Shown here: one piece after another, positions 1 through 7,645 of the stretch
Layout of the letters: the number at the start of each line of letters is the position of its first letter
Position numbering within the stretch: position 1 is the stretch's first letter
From: Octopus sinensis
Lineage: Eukaryota
Assembly (NCBI RefSeq): GCF_006345805.1
Contig: NW_021828761.1
Span: 1 to 7,771 of the forward strand
Length of the DNA: 7,771 bases
Reading direction: 5' to 3'
The notes under the pieces: generated by a model
Seen by the model: the letters and a program-made list of their open reading frames with translations, nothing else
What the model was told of the DNA's origin: nothing
The model's database searches: none
Position numbers and translations under genes: made by a program

Positions 1-75
1 GAGAGATACAGGAGAGAGGAGAGATACAGAGAGAGAGAGAGAGATACAGAGAGAGAGAGAGAGGGAGAAACAGAG
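1..75. repeat. (GA)n microsatellite with GATACA interruptions, running off the window start
   Basis: Read directly: gagagatacaggagagagga gagatacagagagagagaga... Confidence 0.95.
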
Positions 76-242
76 ACGGAAGGAATGTGTATAAGAGCGG
101 GAAGAGGAGGAGAGGCGATGTTGAATCGGTGTAGCTTATAAGGAATTCTGGGGACGTAGAAATGGTTTTCTTTTAATTGACGGGAAATTAGGTCTTTGAT
201 ACAAGAAAAGTAATTTGCCTTGTTTTATGTCTTGAAAACTTG

Positions 243-1430
243 TTGCATAATGCGTCGCCTTTCTGTGTTGCTCGCTAATTGTTACATAACATGGCAGCTG
301 CTGCTGTGTGCTTTGTTTTTTCTTTCTTTTTTAGCGACTCGTAACGAAATGTGGCATGTGTTGTGTCTCCAGATACATGTTACATAATCTAAGATGAGCT
401 GGGTTTAGATATGTATTGCGTAATCCACTCTGTGTTGTGTTTAAGCAGGCGTCAGATAATGCGCTATGCGCCGTGTGTGTGTTTGTATTTGTTACATAAT
501 ATGGCAGCCGTTGTGAATTTCTAGAGACTCTTTATATGATGTGTCATGTGTTGTGTCTTTATGTCCACGTTACGTAATCTAAGATGTGTAATCTAAGATA
601 TTTATAACGTAATCTACTCTGTGTTGGGTTTAGGATACGCGTTACATAATGCGCGATGTGTGGCGTGTATCATAATATTTGTTATATAATATGGCATCTG
701 TTGTGTTTAGATTTATACCACATAATCTAAGATGTGCTGTTTTCTGGATATTTGTTACGTAATCAGATTGTGGTGTTTAGAAACGTGTTACATAATGTGC
801 TGTGTCATATTTTCGTATTTGTTACTTAGTATTAACTTCTGCTGTGTTTAGATCTATGTTACATAATCTGAGATGCGTTGTGTTTGGCTATTTATTACGC
901 AATCAGATCTGTGGTGTTTAGAAACATGTTACATTCCGAGTTATGGTAGGAATGTATGTAGATATAAAGATATGTATATAGATGCGTGTGTATGCGTGTG
1001 TGCTTCGATGTGTTGTGTCGTATTTTCATATTTGTTACTTAGTATTAACATCTGCTGTGTTTTGATCTATGTTACATAATCTGAGATGTGTCGTGTTCAG
1101 ATATTTATTACGCAATCTTCTGTGTGTTGCGTCTAAATACGCGTCACATTATGCGATGTGTGTTTTGTGTCTCTCGCTGTTTGTTACATAATATGACATC
1201 TGTTGTATTTAGATCTATGTTACACAATTTAAAACATGGTGTGTACTTGGTACATAAACTGGTATGTAATGTGTTTAGATACGTGTTATACGAGCCAGGG
1301 GTTGCATCTTTTAGCTAAGTGTTACATAATACGGTATCTGTTGTGTTTAGGCACTTGGTACGTTAACTGGTATGTGGTGTGCTTAGGTACATATTACAAA
1401 ATGCGTGACTTGATACTTCTTGCGTAATAA
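243..1430. repeat. Diverged ~36-bp minisatellite, block 1, with higher-order repeat structure
   Basis: Core TTAC(A/G)TAAT-like anchors at 243, 282, 342, 380, 416, 452, 492, 532, 570, 605, 642, 682, 718, 755, 788, 822, 859, 895, 929, 1035, 1072, 1108, 1144, 1184, 1220 and onward. Spacing is mostly 33-40 bp and the linkers resemble tgttgtgtttagata. Segments 795-904 and 1008-1117 match at 100/110 by manual alignment. Confidence 0.9.
935..1005 (+). other. 71-bp direct copy of 3418-3488 inserted into the minisatellite
   Basis: tccgagttatggtaggaatgtatgtagatataaagatat(g/a)tatatagatgcgtgtgtatgcgtgtgtgctt occurs at both sites with 70/71 identity. Array spacing here is 106 instead of 34. Confidence 0.92.
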
Positions 1431-1622
1431 TCCTTTCTAATTTTGGCACATAACCAACTATTTAGGGTGAGGGGTTCAGTCGAATATATCAACCCCCACT
1501 ACTCAACTCTTTCTTATTTCATCGACCCCGAAGGGATGAAATACAAGTCAACCTGGGCGGAATTTGAACTTAGAACATAAAGACCGACGAAACGCCGCTA
1601 AACAATTCTGCCAACTCGCCTT
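1425..1622 (-). mobile_element. tRNA-derived SINE, family A, copy 1
   Basis: On the minus strand: A-box-like tggcagaattg and B-box-like aagttcaaattcc (1559-1571). It aligns along its length with 1633-1852 but is about 20 bp shorter between the boxes. It resembles an abundant octopus SINE from memory. Confidence 0.85.
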
Positions 1623-1632
1623 AATTTGCTTC

Positions 1633-1852
1633 ATAACAATGATTTCAAATTTTGGTACAAGGCCAGCAATTTCGAAGTAAAAAATCAGGTTTATTATATC
1701 GACCCTACTTTTCAACTGGTACTTATCTCATCCATCCCTGAAGGATGAAAGGCAAAACTGACCTCAGCGGAATTTGAACTCAGAACGTAAAGACGGACGA
1801 AATGCCACGAAGCTTCTTGTTCGTTGTGCTAAGAATTCTGCCAGCTTGCCTT
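1633..1852 (-). mobile_element. tRNA-derived SINE, family A, copy 2 (near full length)
   Basis: Minus strand reads ggcaagctggcagaattcttagc (A box), gagttcaaattcc (B box, 1769-1781), tttgcctttcatcctt...ataagtaccagt...gggtcgat, then aaattgctggccttgtaccaaaatttgaaatcattg. Confidence 0.88.
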
Positions 1853-1863
1853 AACTTGTTACA

Positions 1864-1931
1864 TTATAATGGTTTCAAATTTTGCCACGAGGGCAGCAAT
1901 TTTGGGGCAGAAGATTACTCAATTTACATCG
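1864..1931 (-). mobile_element. tRNA-derived SINE, family A, copy 3 (3' portion only)
   Basis: ataatggtttcaaattttgccacgagggcagcaattttg aligns with acaatgatttcaaattttggtacaaggccagcaatttcg of copy 2. Similarity stops at ...ttacatcg (1931). Confidence 0.75.
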
Positions 1932-2073
1932 TATTTTCAAGTTAAAGGAAATATGGAGACGCATTGTGCAACAAAATGGTTCATATTTGGTTGATTAAAA
2001 ATGCAATGGCAAGTATTTATTAACCTTTTTCTTTCCTTTAAAAATCGGCACGAACTTTCCGGACAACCCAATA
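1930..2073 (+). mobile_element. mariner DNA transposon 3' remnant: transposase C-terminus, 3' UTR, right TIR and TA
   Basis: 1930-1998 translates RIFKLKEIWRRIVQQNGSYLVD*, matching the mariner C-terminal motif GIxxLxxRWxxxxxxxGxY. 2041-2071 reverse-complements to ttgggttgtccggaaagttcgtgccgatttt, a mariner-type TIR, followed by TA at 2072-2073. No left TIR is seen in the window. Confidence 0.85.
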
Positions 2074-2288
2074 ATATTTAGATACATGTTACATAATCTA
2101 TGTTGTGTTTAGATATTTATTGCATAATCCAGTACGTGTTATATTTAAATACGTGTAATTATAATGTATCATGCGTTGTGTAGATATTTGTTACATAATA
2201 TCGCCTCCTTTGTGTTTAGACATTTGCTACGAATATACTGTGTAATGTTTGTCGTGATAATTGTTACATAATGCGTCATTCGCTGTGC
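2074..2288. repeat. ~36-bp minisatellite, block 2
   Basis: Cores at 2089, 2120, ~2157, 2191, 2228 and 2264. The first four monomer types follow the same order as in block 1. Confidence 0.85.
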
Positions 2289-2293
2289 CTTTA

Positions 2294-2897
2294 CTGGTTC
2301 TCAAACCATTTTAATATCCGGACTACATTCAAAACCTGGATTTTTTTAGGGGCTGCACCAAAAGAAAAAGTAAAACAAGTCAATAAAAGAAAAATTTATG
2401 AGTGGCTGTGTGGTAAGTAGCTTGCTTACCAACCACATGGCTCTGGGTTCAGTCCCACTGCGTGGCACCTTGGGCAAGTGTCTTCTACTATAGTTTCGGG
2501 CCGACCAAAGCCTTGTGAGTGGATTTGGTAGACGGAAACTGAAAGAAGCCCGTTATATATATGTATATGTATATATATGTGTGTGTGTTTGTGTTTCTGT
2601 GTTTGTCCCACAACATCGCTTGACAACCGATGCTGGTATGTTTACGTCCCCGTAACATAACGGTTCGGCGAAAGAGACCGATAGAATTTGTACTAGGCTT
2701 ACAAAGAATAAGTCCTGGTGTCGATTTGCTCGACTAAAAGTCGGTGCTCCAGCATGGCCGCTGTCGAATGACTGAAACAAATAAAAGAGTAAAAGAGTAA
2801 GAGTATATATATCTATAAAAAGAAGACCACCAGAGCCGCCTGGAGGATGCTTGAGGCCTGCATATGAGGCCCTGTTAGCCGCGGTTGAAAACCGCTG
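2294..2897. mobile_element. hAT/Charlie-like non-autonomous element (MITE, ~200 bp of own sequence) carrying a nested SINE
   Basis: Right end 2883-2897 reverse-complements to cagcggttttcaacc (Charlie-type CAGYGGTTCTCAA), preceded by a GC-rich ggcc/gccgc subterminal region. The left end is ctggttctcaaacc (damaged). The 8-bp ctttaaat lies to the right (2898-2905) and partial cttta to the left (2289-2293). Removing the element restores a 38-bp minisatellite monomer. Confidence 0.72.
2400..2804 (+). mobile_element. tRNA-derived SINE, family B, copy 1 (near full length)
   Basis: A box tggctgtgtgg, B box ggttcagtccc, ccttgggcaagtgtctt segment, internal TA/TG tract, and tail taaaagag-taaaagag-taagag. 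It is colinear with 5901-6366. Confidence 0.92.
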
Positions 2898-2905
2898 CTT
2901 TAAAT

Positions 2906-3205
2906 AGACGTTATATAATATCACATTCATTGAGTGTCTTCTTACATAACGCAATAAGCGTTGTGATGTCACTAGCTGCTCATTGTAATGCATGTTGCGT
3001 GTTGTGTGCTGTGCGTTGTGTGTTGTGTACTTTCAGATACATTATATGAAGTATCTTGCGTTGTGAGTCTTGCTGATCGTTAAATGATGTTTTGTGTCGT
3101 GGTGTGTCTTTGATACGAGTCAACGTGTGTCGTGTTCTGTTCTGTGACTCGATAGCTCTTACGTAACACTACGTTGGCTCTTCTCTGTTATTGCGTGTTT
3201 TAGGT
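2906..3205. repeat. ~36-bp minisatellite, block 3 (highly degenerate)
   Basis: Cores ttatataat (2911), ttacataac (2942) and ttacgtaac (3159), with tgttgtg-rich linkers. Confidence 0.6.
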
Positions 3206-3249
3206 CGTGGCGAGGGTCGGGGGCAAGTTGTCTGGGTTCGTTGAGTTGT

Positions 3250-3412
3250 TGGGGGAAAAGAGGGAAATCGAGAATCGGTAAAAGGAGGAAGAGAAAAAGA
3301 AGAGGAAGTAAAGGGAGGGGCGGGGGAATGATGGGAAGAGAAGGATCAGAGAGAACGAGGTGGGGGAAACGGGGAAAATAAGGGAGAGATTTTAATGAGA
3401 ATTCCAGAGAAA
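3250..3412. repeat. Purine-rich (G/A) low-complexity tract containing a canonical G-quadruplex motif at 3313-3335
   Basis: GGG-A-GGGG-C-GGGGG-AATGAT-GGG read directly. Confidence 0.7.
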
Positions 3413-3464
3413 GTATGTCCGAGTTATGGTAGGAATGTATGTAGATATAAAGATATATATATAG

Positions 3465-4053
3465 ATGCGTGTGTATGCGTGTGTGCTTGGATTTATGTGT
3501 ATATAGATGTGTGTGTGTGTATATAGATGTGTGTATGTATCTGTGTGCTTAAATATGTGTGGGTATCTATGTATGTTTAGATATGTTTCTTGGTGTGTGT
3601 GGATGTGTCTACGTAGTTGTGTGTGTCTATATGCATAGGTGTCAATGTGTGTAAATTTGTTGGTGTGTATGTACGTATGTGTAGACGTGTGTATGTGCGT
3701 ATATCTATACATGTGTGTGTACGTGTGTGTGTGTGCATTTGTGTGTATTGATGTGTGCGTACGTTGATGCGTGTCAATACATGTATCCGTGTAGATATCT
3801 GTATAGGTATGTGCCGGTATGTTTGTGTGTGTGTGTGTGTGTGCGTGTGCTTATATGTGCTTGTGTGTGTGTACGCGCACGTGTGTGCGTGTGTACGAGT
3901 GTACGTCCGTGTGTGTACGTGCGATTGTGCGTGCATGTGCGTGTACATGTTTGCGTATCTGTGTGTGTGTGTATGTGTGTGTATGTGTATGTGCATGCGC
4001 GCGTGCGTGTGTGTGTGCGTGTGTGTGTGGTGTGCGTGTGTGCGCGTGTGTGT
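3465..4053. repeat. Long degenerate (TG)n alternating purine-pyrimidine tract with TA/CG variants
   Basis: Read directly. It produces the CV/HT-repeat pseudo-ORFs in the ORF track. Confidence 0.95.
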
Positions 4054-4119
4054 CTTTGAGTGTATGTAGAAGCATGTCTGTGGCGAAATGACATGAGATG
4101 GGAATCTTGAAGAATTAGA

Positions 4120-4143
4120 GATGATGATGATGATGATGATGAT

Positions 4144-4178
<35 letters not shown>

Positions 4179-4203
4179 GTGATGGTGATGATGGTGATGA
4201 TGA
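4120..4203. repeat. (GAT)n microsatellite with GGT variants
   Basis: Read directly. Confidence 0.95.
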
Positions 4204-4291
4204 CATGTCATCAGAAACATGGCTGAGGTGAAGAGGCGAGGATTAACATGGCCTGCTAAAACGGTCGCGCATGCGTGTGAGTATATTCATT

Positions 4292-4363
4292 TGTGCGCGT
4301 GTGTGTGTTGTGTGTGTGTGTGTGTGTGTTGTGAGTACGTGTGTGTATGTGTGTGTATGTGTG
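4292..4363. repeat. (TG)n microsatellite
   Basis: Read directly. Confidence 0.92.
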
Positions 4364-4412
4364 AGGAGATTCGAAATATGTGTAGGAGTGTGAGAGAGAA
4401 TGGTTTACAAGA

Positions 4413-4601
4413 GTGGTGTGGTGGTGGTGGTGATGGTGATGGTGGTGGGGTGTTGTGCTGGCGGGGGGGGGAGAAGTGTAAGGTGGAAGATATTAATTTG
4501 TTGCAGTTGTGGGGAGGAGGGGTATCTCGGTGCAAGTAGTGGGAGCGGTGATGGCGGTGGAGGTGGAGGTGGTGGTTGTGATAATCGTAACAGTAGTAGT
4601 A

Positions 4602-4638
<37 letters not shown>

Positions 4639-4828
4639 TGCTAGTAGTAGTAGTAGTAGTGGCGGTGGTGGTTGTAATAGTAGTTGTTGCTACTGTTGTG
4701 ATAGTGGTGATGGTGGTTGTAGTGATGGTAGTAGTAGTGGTAGTAGTAATTGCTGTTTTGGTGGTAGTGGTGGTGGTAGAGGTGATGCTGGTTGTGTTAA
4801 TAGTAGTAGTAGTAGTAGTAGTAGTAGT

Positions 4829-4896
<68 letters not shown>

Positions 4897-5440
4897 ATAG
4901 AGCGAATGACGATGTGGAGAAGGTGGTGGTGATGGTGGTGGTGGTGGTGGTGGTGATATTTAATAGTGTTGCAGCGATTGTGGTGATATTGGTGATAGTA
5001 AGAGGAGTAATGGTTGATGTGGTGGTGGTAGTGGTGGTGGTGGTGGTGGTGGTGGTATCAGTAGGGGTTGCTGCTACGGTAGATCAATTATACTAGAGAT
5101 AGTATTTGTGTTGTTGCTGTTGTTGTTATTGGTGGTGGGAGTATTAGTGGTAGTGAAAGTGGTGGTTGTGGTGGTATTGATGGAGGAGGTAGAGGTGTTG
5201 AAGTTAGGGGTGATGGTCGTGGCGGATGTGTGGTGGTGGGTATCAGTGGTAGTGATGGCGGTGGCGGTGCCAGTGAAGGCGGCGGCGGCGGCGGTGATAA
5301 CGGCGGGGACCGTTATGATGGTGGAGGTGGTGGTGGCGGTGCTTAGTAGGAGTGAGTGTGATGGAAGAGTTACACGATGTTCATGATGATGATGTTTGTG
5401 GTGGTTGTGGTGGTGGTGGTGGTGTTGATGGTGGTGGTAG
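4413..5440. repeat. Compound/cryptic trinucleotide region (GGT, AGT, AGC, GAT, GGC), including pure (AGT)9(AGC)9(AGT)13 at 4802-4894
   Basis: Read directly, triplets counted by hand. Confidence 0.92.
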
Positions 5441-5900
5441 AAGGAAAAGGAAGAGGGTGTTGACAAAGGGGTTAGCAGGCTGGAAGAGGTGAAATCGAAA
5501 AAGTGTGTTAAGGAGAATACGAAAACGAAAATGAAAGTAGAATTGATAAAAAAAAAGTTATAAATAAATATATAAAATATACATAAAATTTTCTTTAAAA
5601 AAGTATATAAATATAAAAAGTAACAAAATTCAAAAAATTTTTCTCTAAACTGCAACACTGGCAAAAATGTAAACAGAGGTGCCGGGATCGATCTATGAGT
5701 GGGTGTGACAAGTAATAAGTGATAATTCAAAGAAAGAATTGAACCAGCTTTTTAATAAATAAACATGAAAGAGATGAGGACAAAGAATGATTTAAAGAGC
5801 TCTTTGGAGCAATGGGAAATTAGATTAATGCTTCTTCAGCGATCTTCTCACCGAGCCGAGTTCCATTCCCGTTTACATACAAAATAATTTATTTAATTTA

Positions 5901-6104
5901 GGTGTGGCTGCGTGGTAAGAAACTTGCTTCCCAACCACAAGCTTCCGGATTCAGTCCCACTGCATGGCACCTTGTACGAGTGTCTTCTACTGTGGCCTCT
6001 GATCAACCAAAGCCTTGTGAGTGGATTTGGCAGACAGAAACTGAAAGAAGCCTTCGTATATATTATATATATATATATATACACATACATATATATACAC
6101 ATAC

Positions 6105-6135
<31 letters not shown>

Positions 6136-6366
6136 AGTCTGTGTGTGTTTGTGCCTGCATTTATCCCCACCATTGCTTGACAACCGGTCGGTGCGGGTGT
6201 GTTTACATCTCCGTAATCTAGCGGTTCGGCAAAAGAGACGGATAGAATAAGTACCAGGCTTATAAAAAGTAAGTACTGGGGTCGATTCGTTCAACAGAAA
6301 TTCTTCAAGTCTGTGCCCCAGCATGGCCGCAGTCTAATGACTGAAACAAGTAAAAGAAGAAAAGAT
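5901..6366 (+). mobile_element. tRNA-derived SINE, family B, copy 2, with an expanded internal (TA)/(TACA) tract
   Basis: A box tggctgcgtgg, B box gattcagtccc, body colinear with 2400-2804, and tail taaaagaagaaaaga. Confidence 0.92.
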
Positions 6367-6405
6367 TAAAGCCAAGGGGAAAGGCATGAATATCGCTAAA
6401 CTTAA

Positions 6406-6533
6406 TTCCTATCAATTCCTACCAAATCCACTCAAGGTTTTGGTCGGCCCGAGGCTATAGTAGAAGACACTTGCCCAAGATGCCATGCAGTGGGACTGAA
6501 CCCGGAACCATGTGGTTGGGAAGCAAACTTTCT
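6406..6533 (-). mobile_element. tRNA-derived SINE, family B, copy 3 (5' fragment, inverted, A box missing)
   Basis: Reverse complement is ttgcttcccaaccacatggttccgggttcagtcccactgcatggcatcttgggcaagtgtcttctactatagcctcgggccgacc. It shares ttcccaacc and tgcatggc with copy 2 but not with copy 1. Confidence 0.92.
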
Positions 6534-6534
6534 C

Positions 6535-6948
6535 TGTGTCTGAATGAAAATAAAATGGTCTCCGCCGGGTCGTCTCTGATCATAAGTCTGATCAAATCAA
6601 GCATGACCTGAGCTGAACAAGAAATAATGTAGTCCAAGGTTCAGTGAGCAGGAAAAAACTAGAGCAGATGGTCGTGGCTGGAACGCCTTTGATGATAGAC
6701 CTGCTCGATTGGGACTGACATGGAGCAATGCAACAATGTCAATAATTACAACGGTCAACGATGAAGTCTCTACACGGTCACTCGATCTGCTAGAAATAAC
6801 AACCAATTTCCCTCTGTTCACATCTTACCGTTTTAAATAAAGGCACAATGGAAAGAATGGTGTTAGAGGCACAATGTCTGCGAAATTGTCACAGCTGGAA
6901 CGCTTTAGATTATCTGTCTACTTAATCAACAACAATAGCGGTAACAAC
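6535..6948 (+). mobile_element. Three degenerate tandem fragments of another interspersed repeat, probably a retroposon 3' end with a CAA-type tail
   Basis: A motif atggtc..ggctggaacgcctttgat.ata..tctgctc.atc...aacaa recurs at 6555, 6668 and 6885. It resembles an octopus repeat from memory; the family is not assigned. Confidence 0.55.
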
Positions 6949-6998
6949 TATATGGGTACACACGTAAGATGACACGAGCGCACCCACGCACACATGTT

Positions 6999-7058
6999 GA
7001 GAGAGGGAGAGAAGGAAAGAGAGAGAGAGAGGAGAGAGAGAGAGAAAGAGAGAGAGAG
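6999..7058. repeat. (GA)n microsatellite
   Basis: Read directly. Confidence 0.93.
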
Positions 7059-7215
7059 GGTGGTGGGCATGGAGATAAAGAAATAGAGAAAACAGATATG
7101 AATGTATTGAGTGACAGCTGGTGTAGTGTTGAGATGAATGGCGAATTTCGTTACAGAACTAACAAAATGTGTGTATGATATACGTGTGTAGGTAAATAGG
7201 TGAGAGACAGAGATG

Positions 7216-7644
<429 letters not shown>

Positions 7645-7645
7645 C

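Noticed and set aside
873-1427. Cys/Tyr/Val-rich ORFs, or a 12-aa repeat protein encoded by the minisatellite
   Set aside because: Monomer lengths (33-40 bp) are mostly not multiples of three and no frame is maintained.
243-1430. CRISPR-like array (conserved motif about every 36 bp)
   Set aside because: The intervening sequences are degenerate copies of each other rather than unique spacers, the conserved part is only ~10 bp, no cas genes are present and the context is eukaryotic.
2400-2470. tRNA gene (A and B boxes), also at 5901-5970 and 1769-1850
   Set aside because: I could not fold a cloverleaf, and each is followed by a SINE body and tail, so they are tRNA-derived SINE heads.
2426-2993. 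Minus-strand ORFs of 66 and 146 aa, and likewise 5893-6324 and 6455-6637
   Set aside because: They are antisense read-throughs of SINE, MITE and microsatellite sequence.
3180-3283. Possible plus-strand exon (ttttag|G at 3204, CG|gtaaaa near 3277)
   Set aside because: The pyrimidine tract is part of the degenerate minisatellite, the donor is weak and no translation is recognisable.
4266-4277. NRF1/Ewg-like motif cgcgcatgcgtg
   Set aside because: Single imperfect match beside TG/CG-rich repeats that readily generate such words.
3392-4535. Overlapping CV-, HT- and poly-His/Ser ORFs on both strands
   Set aside because: They are translations of TG and GAT microsatellites and are open in several frames at once.
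4400-5386. Plus-strand Gly/Ser-rich and poly-Val ORFs
   Set aside because: They are alternative registers of the same triplet repeats, with no domain or supporting gene structure.
5820-5888. Minus-strand peptide YVNGNGTRLGEKIAEEALI resembling neprilysin VNGxxTLGENIAD
   Set aside because: It needs a gap, lacks the catalytic ENIAD residues, is flanked by stops within about 22 codons and has no splice acceptor; treated as chance.
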